A stretch of DNA of 63,005 nt, counting the filler, from Octopus bimaculoides (lineage: Eukaryota): assembly GCF_001194135.2 (NCBI RefSeq). It is 3 parts of 2 records of this genome, joined end to end, with 100 filler letters (N's around TTAATTAATTAA, not from the genome) between each part and the next. Parts side by side here need not be neighbours in the genome. Positions count along the whole stretch, not along the records: positions 1 to 31,643 come from NC_068988.1; 2 more parts are not named here. One strand, 5' to 3'. A model generated the notes under the pieces. The model was not told where the DNA came from. It did not search any database and saw nothing but the letters and a program-made list of their open reading frames with translations. Position 1 is the stretch's first letter. Each line of letters opens with the position of its first letter. Below, one piece after another: positions 12,180 through 24,789 of this stretch. The translations under genes and the position numbers were made by a program.

Positions 12180-13157
12180 AAACAATAAATTAAATAGAGA
12201 CTTTCAATTGACAATCCAATAATTTATTTATATTATAATATAACATAATATACTATGAATATAATATAATATAACAAAAAATCATTAAAAAACCAAAAGA
12301 GCCAACAATTTGTTTCAACTGTTATACATTATTTGATATATAAGCAATACATATATACTTACATAAGTCTCTTTAGGGCTTTAGTTTACAGAGACGAAAT
12401 TCTATGTGAAAGGATGGCTGGATTGTAAAAAAATTAATTCAAATGCCTATGTATTATGAGCATGAGTGTTAACTTTTCAACTACATAATGATTACAATTA
12501 AAAAACAACAGAATTATAACGGACAAAATAATTAAGTAAATGGAATCTACAACTATCGAAATATATTTCAAATAATATTAATCTAAATTTGTTTAGGTCG
12601 AAGACAATCTTTGACTATTATAATAATATACAATAACAATATATAGGTATGTAGTGAAACCACGTCTCTCACGGTTATTTATTTACAAATGCGAACGTAG
12701 CAAGTAACATCTCTTTCCCGCCTTGGACCCCCGACCTAAATGAATGTGGATTAATATTATTTGAGGTAGATTCTATTTACTTAATTATTTAGTTCATTTT
12801 GTTGTTTTTTTAATTGTAATTGTTATGTAGTTGAAAAATTAATGCTCATGCTCATAATACATAGGCGTTTGAATTAATTGTTTGATAATCCAGCCGTCCT
12901 TTCACACAGAATTTCACCTGTCTATAAACCAAAGCTCTGAAGAGACTTATATAAGTGGACATGTATTGTTTATAAATCAAATAATGTATATAAGTTGAAT
13001 CAAATTGTTGGCTATTTTGGTTTTTTATTGATTTTTTTTAATGTTATATTATACTATATTATATTCATAATATATTAATAATATTATATTCATAATATAT
13101 ATAATATAAATAAATGACTGGATTGTCTATTGAATCTCTCTATTTAATTTATTGTTT
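12180..13157. mobile_element. Foldback/MITE-like element with about 380-bp inverted arms (12180-12550 and 12766-13157)
   Basis: The reverse complement of the right arm aligns along the left arm (gaaattct.tgtgaaagga.ggctggatt, cctatgtattatgagcatgag); spacer about 215 bp. Confidence 0.85.
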
Positions 13158-13289
13158 GTAATTTGCATTATACCCATATTTATGTGGTATTCAACTGACG
13201 TACCAGTGAATTGGATGTTTTACACACCCCTTTGAAGGAATTCCTTTCCCTAAGCCAGAGAGCAACAACAGCATTGACAGCAAGAGTTG

Positions 13290-13990
13290 TGTCTCCCAAA
13301 CCTGCGACAGGCACATTACATCTCACCTAGAAGGATATGCCCTCACTATTCAGGAACAGGAGATAGCTACTAATTACTTGATAAACAAGAGGGACAAAGA
13401 TACCATCAAACTTATATGTTGTGATAAAAAATATTGGCTCTCCTATACCAGAGTGGAAGATATCACCCACATCAGCAGCTGCTCCAAAATGTTTACAAGA
13501 TACAACCTGCCCCTGATGCATGATATCTGTATGGAGGATTGCTCTGATGTATACATTAAAGGCATGTGAGAACCAGCAGATATTCACACCTTTAAAAGCA
13601 AGGAATACTAGTGGAACACTCCAATAAAAACATCAGTTTGGTGCAAACATAACAGACCTGATATTGTTCTGTGGGACAAGGAACAAAAGTTATGCCCTGT
13701 TGTAGAGGTCAACTGCCCAGCAGATGTGATATGTACAATTAAAGGTCCAGGAAAAAGAGAACATTTATAGCGAATTAATGTGGAACTTACAGTTCTTGTA
13801 TCCTGACTATGGATTCTCATTTGTACTTTTCATCATAGGTGCATTAGGTCATGTACCAAAAAATTTGCACAAAATCTTAGAAATACTCAGTTTAACAGTA
13901 AAAGAGCAAAAGAAACTGACGCAGTTTCTCCAAATCCAATCTTTTAGTGGCACAGCAAAGATTTGAAAGACATTCCAAAGGTTCTCCAAG
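13290..13990 (+). mobile_element. Non-LTR retrotransposon 3' fragment with CCHC finger and restriction-like endonuclease
   Basis: SHLEGYALTIQEQEIATNYL, VEDITHISSCSKMFTRYNLPLMHD (C..HII.SC...Y.P.RHD type), KHNRPDIVLWDKEQKLC..VEVNCPAD, IIGALGHVP. Confidence 0.85.
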
Positions 13991-15269
13991 TGGGATTCTT
14001 ATGTGAATAGATGCACACAATTGGGTGTATACATCAACAGTTCAACCAACACACCAACCAGACATTCACAAATATTGAGAACTCTTGTTAGTCTTTGGCG
14101 TGAACTCTCTCAAGAACTTGAATTAAACTCAAAGAAAAACAAACAAGCATACATACATACATGCATGCATGCATATATACATACATACATTCATGCATAC
14201 ATACACACACACATACATACATACATATACACACACATACATACATACATACATACATGTAAGTTGGGAAAAATCCAAGCTTAGTATTAATTATTTGCCA
14301 TTTCACATGTTTTATTTGCTAATAGGAATTACAAAGTTGTACATATCAGATAAACCTGCAAGAATTTTCTATATAACTTGATCTTATTCTTTTATGCGAC
14401 ATGTACAAGTCTGTGATTCCTGCTAACCAAGGAAACATGTGTAATGATGAATAAATAATGCCAACAAAATTTCCCAACTTCCTGTTTTGTTATATAACTC
14501 TGCAAGCAATATTTCGAGAATTTTCAACTCTAATACATATCTTACATCAATACAACAACAATGTCAACAACATATTGGATTGCAATATTGGAATGAACAT
14601 ATGTGCTTCAAAAGGATACAGCCTGGATTTTTTCTCTACCAATACAATGTGTTTGTGTGTATGTGTGTGTGTGAGAGTGTATGTGTGCGTGTGTGTGTAT
14701 GTGTGTGTGTGTGTGTGTGTGTGCCCTTTCATCTGATAAGATGGATATATCCAACACGCAAAACTTGAAGTCATGCAGAACTGAATTAAATTGCAATTAA
14801 ATATACACGTAACTTCTAACAACTGTGATGATTGCTACGTTGTTTTGTTTGTTCATTCAATTCATACACACATGTATGTATGTATGTATGTATGTATGTA
14901 TGTATGTATGTATGTATGTATGAGAGTGGGATTAGTTCTGTGCAAAACTTTTCCTCTCTTTCAAAAACATCAAGCACAGGTATTGCTTGATAGGAAAAGG
15001 AAATAAACATTTTGCATGTACATGGCTGGCCAAAGCCTGAAAAGGCACAGGCTGGCCTCAAGACTCATACAAGAGTCTCACATTGCTTTATCAATGATTC
15101 ATTTCAATGATTCTTTCTATGCAAGAAAGAAGCCACTACTATGTATGTATGCATGTATGTATGCATGCATGCATGCATGTATGCATGCATGCAGTCTATC
15201 ATGTTCAGTTAATTTCTGTTACTCATCACAAAGCTCTTTACCAATATCCAAATGTTTAAATTGACACTT

Positions 15270-16200
15270 TCTCATTGACTGCAGATATTGTTATTTTTCA
15301 AAGACTGAGCTCTCTAGAAATTCTTCAGTTTTTTTCTTTGGAAAGTGTTCTGATGGTCATTGCCATGAAACCATCTTTTCAAGAAGGTAATACAGTGTGA
15401 TGCTCATATTCAGTCATGTTGATGGTAAGAGGAGAGCATATTCTTTGCTAGTTTAGAGCAGTTATCTGCTTTATTGCAGTGAAGAAAATTTCTTATGACC
15501 AGATTGAATGAAAACCATGCATCTGCCTTAGCATCATTAACTGAATCTTGGAAATGTAGGTCTTTCATGAGTTCCTGATTTGTAGCCCATCAAAAATACT
15601 TATCTTCAGCTTCTCCATTGTCAGCACTAGAAATTTTCTACATATATAGTCGAAGCAGTCCTCTTCTTTGCTCAAAGCTTTCACAAACTGCTTCATCTGA
15701 CCTAGTTTGTTGTGCAGTGGTGGTAAACTGATTTTATCTCTCTCAATGGAGGGTTCTGTGATTACATTCTTTTCTCCAATGACCATTTTCTCAGCACTCA
15801 ACCTTAGATCTACAATCTCATAGACAGATAAAGCAGGGATACTCAGTATATCCACTCTGCTGACCCATGATAAAATCATAAGATCCACACAAATTAGCCA
15901 TAGGTGATCATGGTATGATATTTTCTGTAAGACCAAGGTGTTTGTCTCCTGTTGCTCAGTTATCTTAGCTGAGTGACCAATTGACATCGATCTATATTTG
16001 TTGATTTTTGTATAGGAGTACACATTTTAAGCTTTGCTTTGAATTATCTATGAATTCACTTGACACATATTTTGATATACCTATTTTCATCAGCAAGCCT
16101 TGAACATCATTGCAAATACAAAATTATGTTCCCCTGAGAAGAAAGGCAGTAAATCCATTAAGTTAATTTTCTCATAAACTAGATCTGCTAGAAACAAATG
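15270..16200 (-). mobile_element. DNA transposon transposase remnant, probably Chapaev3 (CMC superfamily)
   Basis: FIDNSKQSLKCVLL, SIGHS, WLICVDL, LPPLHNKLGQMKQFVKAL, IFDGLQIR, AWFSFNLVIRNFL match the PPLHIKLGLMK.FVKAL transposase family. The Chapaev3 label is from memory. Confidence 0.7.
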
Positions 16201-16574
16201 AAGAACATGTTCTTATTCAGTAGCATGAATATATCTACAATGGGGAAATGGGTATAACATCTGAGGCACCAAATAAGAATTTAAAAAAAAATTGTTCCCC
16301 AGTGTTATTTATAAACAACATTGTTAAAAATCATTTGAGGTATATATGACAGAACTCATTATAACACAGTCTTAAAAAATCCATCCATCCATACATACAT
16401 ACATACATAATACATACATGCATGCATACATACATGCATACATACATGCATACATACATACATACATACATACATACATACATACATACTGTTTTAGTTC
16501 TCAGCAATGATAACAAACAGAAGCAGCTTTTCACTTGCTGTTTCAAAATGCACCATAAAATGTTCAATTATATT

Positions 16575-17060
16575 ATGATCTGGTAACTGAGGTGGGGTGG
16601 CAATCCAAGTGGTTTACTTTCCTTTTTAGCTCTTCATACCAATTTTGAAAAAACATTAGCCATGTGGATTTGTGCATTATTCTTCTGAAAGACTGTGCTA
16701 CTGTCAGAGAACTATGTTTGTTCCATAAGATGGACCTGATCAACCAAAACACTCAAATAAACTAATCGTTGGCATTAACTCTCCCATCTAGAACAACTAA
16801 ACATCTAAGGGAATTTCATAATATTTCTGCCCAAATCATCACAGAGCTGCCGCCATGCTCCACAGTAGGAGGAGCTAAACAACTAGTATCGATGGCTTCT
16901 TTGGGATGTTTCCAGACATAAACTCATCTCAAAGTGGGAAAGAGGGCATATGAGGAATGAATTCCCAAACCAGATAAAATCATTTCATTGAACCATTGAC
17001 CACTTCTGATAGTCTAGATAACAATTTTACTATAATTTGTCCCAATATGAAGAACACTAT
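16575..17060 (-). mobile_element. Tc1-like transposase remnant
   Basis: Minus strand VYVWKHPKEA..SCLAPPTVEHGGSSVMIWAEI ... DQVH ... VFQKNNAQIH matches the Tc1 DDE-domain motifs (TVKHGGGSVMVW, FQQDNAPIH). Confidence 0.8.
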
Positions 17061-17159
17061 AACTCACAAGTCTCACCAAGAACCCACAGTGAGTTGCAAC
17101 AGTTGAGACCCTGAAGCTTCCCCACTTAACAAGGCATGAGGCAGAACTCACAGCAACAC

Positions 17160-17500
17160 TTCAAGATAACAGAACCGAAAACAAAAACGACATTGGTTTA
17201 TACAAAGGCAATTTTAAAAGATGTTACGCAAACTACCAGTCTATTTTCCAGGACACTGACAACAATAAAGCCACTAAGTTGGCTAGCCACATATGGGGTT
17301 TGAAGACCAACATCTGCACACCACATACAATCAAGTAGAGAAATGTGGAAAAATATATGCCATATGTAAATGGTTCTAAGAGATGCAACTTATGTGTAGC
17401 TAAAAGATTGCCCAGTCTTTTTAGATCCAAGTATTCTACCACACTACTGAAATTTTTAGCAAATGCAAGCATACAGACAAATTTCATTTGTTAAACTGGA
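17160..17500 (+). mobile_element. Penelope-like element GIY-YIG endonuclease 3' fragment
   Basis: IGLYKGNFKRCYANY.SIF...ATKLASHIWGLK...YVNGSKRCNLCVA...CKHTDKFHL, the same architecture as the endonuclease at 28132-28719. Confidence 0.75.
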
Positions 17501-19398
17501 GGACAACACCCTCTCAAGATTGAGCAGCTGTCTTGCAGACTTTGCACTCCTTTCCATTGAATTATTCTACACAAGTTTGTTTTATTATGATTTTTACAGC
17601 CAAATGGATGAAATCCTAATTTTTTCTCTTTCTTATTTTTTTCATTTTTATTCACTCATTGTCTTATTTCACTTTTTACATCAAGCTTCCTCTTGTTTTT
17701 TTTCTCATGGTTTCTCATATACCAGCATCCTGATTTTCATATAAAACAAACTGTGTGTCCAGAATCTGAAGATTGCCTAACTAAAAATCTGCTAAACCAT
17801 TTGTCTCAATGGTAAGAATCTATTAGAAGCTTTTATCTTAATACAGTGTACATTATATCATTATATATANNNNNNNNNNNNNNNNNNNNNNNNNNNNNNN
17901 ATATATATATATAGATATATATGTGTGTGTGTGCGTGTGTTTGTGTGTGTGTGCGCGTGTGTTTGTGTGTGTGTGTGTGTATACACATACATATATGTAT
18001 ATGCATATACACACACACACACACATACACACATACATATTAAATAAAACAAGTTTTTATTTTTTAACATAGAAGGTTAATATTTCTGTTATATATCTAC
18101 ATAAATGAAGATATAGATACAAAATGATGTTTTCACATAACAAATATTTTTATGTAAAAGTTTTACAGTAAAAATATTAGTGTGTTTTCACAAGGTGAAA
18201 GAGAATCATATTTTACAGACAAGTTTCTGAATAAAAACATTACATAAAACGTATTCAAGTGAATAAATGTTAATGTATGTTTTAAGCGAAGATGTTTTGT
18301 ACAGGGTAAATAACATAACATTTTATTAACTGGTTTTGAAGTCATTAGATTTCAAAGTTTAAAGTATGTTCTCCATTGCTTTTTTAGCTCACATGTGGTA
18401 TTACATTTATATAGCCATGTTGCTTGTATCATTTTGAAGGGAAGGAAGCTAACTGTTACTTTCTATGTCTTATGTTACTTATGCTCTTTTGCTAAGGGCA
18501 TATGTTGGTTAATATTTTCAGAAAGTAATATTTCTAATTTTACAGAAAAGTGCTTCTTTTAAGAGAGGGAAGTGTGTTTAATTTAGATATCATATAAAAA
18601 CATTAAATAACAATCATCCCATTCTTATCAATCCTTATTAGAATTTATTACTCTTTCTTTCTCTTTCAATACACCTCTCCCATCACCCTGTAATTTCTCT
18701 TATCACACTGTCTTCTATTATATCACTCATGTTGTTTTTCTCTCCAATCACCTGCCCAACACTCACTACTTAACCCTGTTTCTCTTCCATTACCTCTTCC
18801 TCCATCACCTTCTCACACTTATAAATCTAATTCTCTCATATTTTCTCTCATTTAAATCTCCTATTCTACTTCTCTCTCATTAATCATTTCTTTCTATCCT
18901 CAGTCTCCTTCATTTTGCCTTGAACGAATGGTGACAGCCGAGATAGATAAGAATCTTTAGTCTTGGTGAGAACAGGGCAATTTCTCTAGTGCTGGTGCTA
19001 CAATAAAATACCTACTTCACTCTGTAAATTAGTTGGTATTTGGAAGAGCATCCAGACAGAAATCCTACATAGAGGAGCAATAACTCCATATGAGAAACTG
19101 CTTTGAGTAGTTACAACCCATGCAACCCTTTTCTATGCCAACATAGAAAGCAGAGATAAAATAATGATATTGATGATATATACCCATATTCACCTATAAT
19201 ATATATAGGTGTATATCATAGTTGTGAGATGCATTTTCGTTCTTGAACAGAACACTTCCTTTCATGTTGTTCCAGTTCACTCGGTAAAAACTTAAAATCT
19301 TGCAATGCCATAGAATCTGGGAAACCTGCCTTACGAGTCTATGGCTTGAAAAAGACGTTTGATCCTTTGATGTTTTATATATATATGTATTTTTATAC

Positions 19399-19451
<53 letters not shown>

Positions 19452-19455
<4 letters not shown>

Positions 19456-20359
19456 AAGTGCATTTCAGATGTTTTGAAACGTTTTCAGGAGAGGCAGGTA
19501 ATCATCCTAGATTACTATAATTTTAGTACAACATTACTATAACGCTAATAAGCTGACCTGCTAATTTCTGTTATTCAAGATTGAAAAAAATGTCTGCAAC
19601 AGCACTTTAGCACATCCTACTAAACACTGCTTGTCATTGCTGACTTATTAGCAGAATACAGTTAAGACATTGTTTTTTTTTTGTTTTGTTTTTTTCTTTT
19701 GAAGCTCACTGTGCAATAGTTTTGTGTTAAATTGGGTAAAAAGGGGACAGAAATTTATGAAATTCTCCAGACTGCTTATGGATGAACTTTTCTGCTGGCA
19801 CAAGAGGTTCAAAGGTGGTAGAGAGGAGTTGAAGATTGACTAAAAGTGTAGGAGACAGATGGACATCAGAACATCAGAACTGGTTGAGAAAATTCATTTT
19901 TCTGGGTGAAGGTCATCTTGTGTCTATAAAAACAATAAGCATATAGTTTGGAGTTGGTGTGGCATTTTCACAAAGAATTATTGATGAAGATCTGAACATG
20001 AGCAAAATTTGTACAAAGGTTGTTCCCAGAGTGCTCAGTGACAAGCATCCTGGTAACCAGCTACCTGACCAAGATGGAAATCAAAACTGTACCTCACCCT
20101 TCTTACAATCCAGACCATAGTCCCTACGACTTTTGGTTCCCCAAGCTGAAAGAAAACATCAAGGGAAGTCATGTTGAAGATGAAGGAGATTGTGACAAGG
20201 GTCCTGGTCACCTTGCATTTGGAAGACTTCCGTGGGGCCTTCCTGAAGTGAAGCACTAGAAGTAATATTTGAAGTCAGATGATCCAACTTTGAAGGAGAT
20301 TAGAGACTAGAACTTCTTTGAAATTAATAAATGTCTAAAAACTTCTAGAATGCACCATG
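19452..20359 (+). mobile_element. Internally deleted mariner element
   Basis: LGKKGTEIYEILQTAYG, F.WHKRFKGGREELK, VPRVL, PHPSYNPDHSPYDFWFPKLKENIKG (PHPPYSPDLAP motif); imperfect TIRs catgaagtgcatttcagatgttttg / aacttctagaatgcaccatg|TA. Confidence 0.85.
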
Positions 20360-20380
20360 TATCTCTCTCTCTCTCTCTCA

Positions 20381-20442
<62 letters not shown>

Positions 20443-20462
20443 NNNNNNNNNNNNNNNNNATA

Positions 20463-20875
20463 TATATCATCATCGTTTAACGTCCGCTTTCCATGCTAGC
20501 ATGGGTTGGACGATTTGACTGAGGACTGGTGAAACCGGATGGCAACACCAGGTTCCAATCTAATTTGGCAGAGTTTCTACAGCTGGATGCCCTTCCTAAT
20601 GCCAACCACTCAGAGAGTGTAGTGGGTGCTTTTACGTGTCACCCGCACGAAAACGGCCACGCTCGAAATGGTGTCTTTTATGTGCCACCCGCACAAGCCA
20701 GTCCAGGGGCACTGGCAACGATCTCGCTCGAAAATCCTACGGGAGCCAGCCAGGCGGTACTGGCAACGGCCACGCTCAAAATGGTGCATCTGATGTGCCA
20801 CCCGCACAAGAGCCAGTCCAGGGGCACTGGCAACGATCTTACTTGGCTTGCCGGGTCTTCTCACGTACAGCACAC
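20463..20875 (-). mobile_element. Young RTE 3' UTR copy (5'-truncated LINE or SINE-like derivative)
   Basis: The terminal about 150 bp differ at only a few positions from 54811-54987 and 58060-58220; contains alternating subrepeats. Confidence 0.85.
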
Positions 20876-21089
20876 ATGATGATGATGATGATGATATATA
20901 TACACTTGTCATAATTCTCATGTGTTCTCAACTATCATTCTTTATCATGATATCCACCCACCACCACTCAGAGATAAAGTCTCTGTCCACCTCACTATTG
21001 TCTTCTTGCTACTATTTCAATTTTCTTGTGGCAAAGCTAACCATTGCTTGTTCACGATGTGCCTACCCTTTCCTGCCCCCACCACCAAT

Positions 21090-21194
21090 ACCGGAAATCC
21101 CTTCTCTCGTACTGGAAATCCCTTCTCACGTACTGGTAATCTCTTCTCTTACACTGATAATTTCTTCTCTTATACTGAAAACTCCTACAGGGAT
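21090..21194. repeat. 21-bp minisatellite, 5 units
   Basis: accggaaatcccttctctcgt / actggaaatcccttctcacgt / actggtaatctcttctcttac / actgataatttcttctcttat / actgaaaactcctacagggat. Confidence 0.85.
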
Positions 21195-21199
21195 GTTGA

Positions 21200-23757
21200 A
21201 AAAAAGGCCAATCTGGAAAAGAATTTGGAAGCTTAAAGACCCTTCATATGGTCAGAGATTTAGGGACACCCTAACTGAGAAATTTGATTAGAGGGAGGAG
21301 GAGCTACAAACTTGTGACACAAAGGGCATCTGAGAATTCCTGTGGGACAGCTTACTGAGTGCCACAAACCAATTCTGTGGCTGGTGTAAAGCTCCAACTA
21401 GACCTAGGGTAACGTGGTGATGGAATGATGTGGTAGACAGGGCCATTAGAGCAAAGAAACAGGCTTGGAAGGCTGGAAGAATGAGGGTAGCAGGGAACTG
21501 TATTAGATAGTCAGAAGGGAAGCTAGGAGACAAGTATATCTAGCCAAGAGAGAAGCAGAAAAGAAGTTTGTTTATGTTCAGTGATGTGAAGATCAAAGAA
21601 CTGAAGTATTTTGGATTGCAAAACAGTGGGTGAGATAAAATCATGATGTCATAGGAAAGAAATGTGTCTTCATGGATGATGATGCACTTGCATTTAATGA
21701 TGTTGCAAAGAAAGAAGTTTAGAGATGCTATTATGAAAGACTGCTGAACATGGAGAATGAATAGGAGGAGGAGAGTCTGCCAAATGTTGACCCAGTTGAA
21801 GGACCAGCTACCTGAAGCGACAGCACCTTGGTAGATAAAATAATCAAGGATATGAAAACAAGGAAAGCCCCTCAGGTGGTTCAAAAGGAGTCATACCCAA
21901 TGACTGGTGTAGCAGCATCATAGTCAACTGCTAAAAAGGTAAAGGTGATGCCTTAGATAGAACTAATTACAGAGGTAACAAATTGTTGGATCAGATGATA
22001 AAAGTTACAGAGAGGATCATAGCCCAACTAATCAGAGAGACAGTAAGTCTAGATGAGATGCAGTTTGGTTTTGTGCCAGGGAGAAGCACCACTGATGCTA
22101 TATTTCTGGTAAAATAACTGCAGGAGAAATTCCAAGCCAAAGATAAACAGCTGTACTTGGTTTTTGCTGACTTGGAGAAAACCTTTGACAGAGACCTCCA
22201 AACCCTTATCTGGTGGTCAATATGGAAACTAAGGATAGACGAGTGGTTGGTGAGAGTTGTACAAGCCTTGTACAAGGATGCTACCAGTAAGGTCAGTGTT
22301 GGCAACAAATACAGGGAAGAATTCAGGGTACAAGTAGGGGTTCACCAAGGATCGGTGCTCAGCCCCCTCTTGTTCATCATAGTGTTCCAGGCAATAACAC
22401 AGGAATTTAAGACAGTTTTCCCTGGGAGCTCCTCTATGCTGATGACCTTGTCATAGCTGAATCACTACCAGAACTAGAGAAGAAGTTCCAGGTATGGAAG
22501 CAAGGTCTAGAATCAAAGGGCCTTAAAGTTAACCGAGCAAAAACCAAGGCCTTAGTAAGTAGGAAGGCAGACAAATCATAAATCCCTTCAGTTAGTGGCC
22601 CTGCTGGATCTGTAGAAAAAGCGTAGGTAGAAACTCCATAAGATGCACCTGGAGTAAGCTTTGGACACATAAAATGTGCAGCAATATCAGAGGAAGGCTA
22701 ACAAAGAAACTAGCTTTTGTATGTGGAAAAGGCACAAGTACAATAAGCGCTGAAAATGTGCAGAAAATAGACTTCATCAACTGCAGGGGTCAAGATAGAG
22801 GTAGTACATAGCTTCCATTATCTAGGTGACCAAGTTAGTAGTGGGGGTGGATGCTCTGAGAGTATAGCTATGTGAATAAGATTAGGCTGGGCAAAGTTTG
22901 AGAGGCAGATTATTTGATACCTGTGTACGAACATCCATGCTACATGGCAGGGAAACATGGGCTATGACAGCCGAGGACATACATAGGCTTGAAAGAAATG
23001 AAGCCAGTATGCTTCACTGGATGTGCAATGCCAATGTGCATGTTTGAGAGAGTGTAAGCATCTTGAAAGAAGAATTAGGCGTAAGAGGTATCAGATGTAG
23101 TCTGCAAGAGAGATGACTGTACTGGTATAGTCATGTGATGCATATGGACAATGACAGCTGTGTAAAAAAATGCCAATTTCCAACTGTGGAGACAACCTGT
23201 GGTAGAAGTAGTCCCAAGAAGACATGGGATGAGGTGGTGAAGCATGATCTTCAAAATTTGAGCCACACAGGGACAACGACTAGCAACCGAGGGTTTTGGT
23301 GATATGCTGTGTTTGAGAAGACCTGGCAAGCCAAGTGAAATCATAATTGGGACTAATGTGGATGTCATGTGCCGGTGGTGCATAAAGAGCACCTTTTGAG
23401 TGTTGAGCTTCATGGAAGAAAAGGAGCTGAGTTCCTTTCGAGCATTGGGCCTCTTGGAGGCAATGACCAAGACCCTTGGCATTATGTCATGCTTGAGAAG
23501 AAGACCCACCAAGCTGAGCAAAATCTCAGTCATGGCAGATAGCAGTGTCACACAAATGGCACCTGTGACAGTGGCACATAAAAGCTCCCATTACATTCTC
23601 GGAGTGGTTGGTATCAGGAAGGACATCCAGCTGTAGAAACCATGCCAAATCAGAATGGAGTTTGGTGCAGCCTTCCAGCTTGCCAACCCTGGTCAAACCG
23701 TTCGACCTATGCCAGCATGGACAACGGACGTTAAATGATGATGATGATGATGATGAT
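21200..23757 (+). mobile_element. 5'-truncated RTE LINE, RT pseudogenised
   Basis: DEMQFGFVPGRSTTDAIF, VFADLEK.FDR, VGVHQGSVLSPLLFIIV, LYADDL (about 22432-22450), 3' UTR and (GAT)n tail. Confidence 0.9.
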
Positions 23758-23828
23758 GCATACACACTCACACACACACATACACATGTTTACACACACA
23801 CACACATGTATATACATACACACACACA

Positions 23829-24100
23829 TCTATATATATAAAACTGAAAATACGTCTGTGCATTACTAAAACTCAAGAACTACGCAACCAATTTCATTCA
23901 AATTTTACACATGCCCTACTTAAGTTCTATGGAGTGTCATGGACCAAACATATCTTCAACGTCATGCCTAATGCGAGAATGGATCAATCCCTTACACTGT
24001 TTCGGTATCATGTGTCAAAAGTGAAACAATAACATCTCTATTGTAATGTGAGAAAATAATTTCACTTTCACCAGTTTCACTATTAATAGTGAAACTATTA
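23829..24100 (+). mobile_element. Helitron-like 5' fragment
   Basis: A|TCTATATATATAAAA start and ccaatttcattcaaattttacac subterminal motif typical of invertebrate non-autonomous Helitrons; no CTAG end visible. Confidence 0.5.
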
Positions 24101-24214
24101 TCTCACATTACATATATACATGCATACATAATACATACATACACACACACACACACACACTTATATATTATGCATATGCATATATAAATGTATATATATA
24201 TGTGTGTATGCATG

Positions 24215-24335
<121 letters not shown>

Positions 24336-24469
24336 ATATATATACATGTATATGTATGCATATATATGTATACATGTATATGTATATGTATATATGCATA
24401 TAATAATATAAATATATAGATATATGCATATATCCATACATATATGTACATACTTGCATCTATATGTAT

Positions 24470-24770
24470 ACATACATGAATATATGGGTACAGGACATCA
24501 AAACAAACGTTAAACACAACGAGAAACGAAAAACGAAAACAGAAAACGAACTTTTTTCGAACAACGAAAAAAACAAACAGAGAAACGAGACATGCAACAT
24601 AAAGAGTATATCCCTTCGTCAGTTGTCCCTGTCCATCTACTCCGCATTTCGAAGGCAAGGACAATATGCGACGTCGTTGGAACAATCTTTCCCGCAAAGC
24701 AAATTAAATAAAATTTGGAATTTTTTTGCGGAGGGTGAAAGTGTTTACAAGAACAGGACAGTGAGAACAA
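24470..24770. repeat. Dispersed repeat family X, copy 3
   Basis: Aligns with 10320-10560 and 11680-11880. Confidence 0.75.
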
Positions 24771-24789
24771 GACAGTAAAAACAAGTAAA

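Noticed and set aside
17760-17812. CTGAAGA...TAAA-C-CATTT-G-TC downstream of the Penelope endonuclease fragment
   Set aside because: The position fits a pLTR ribozyme, but GAAA is absent and stems I and II do not pair.
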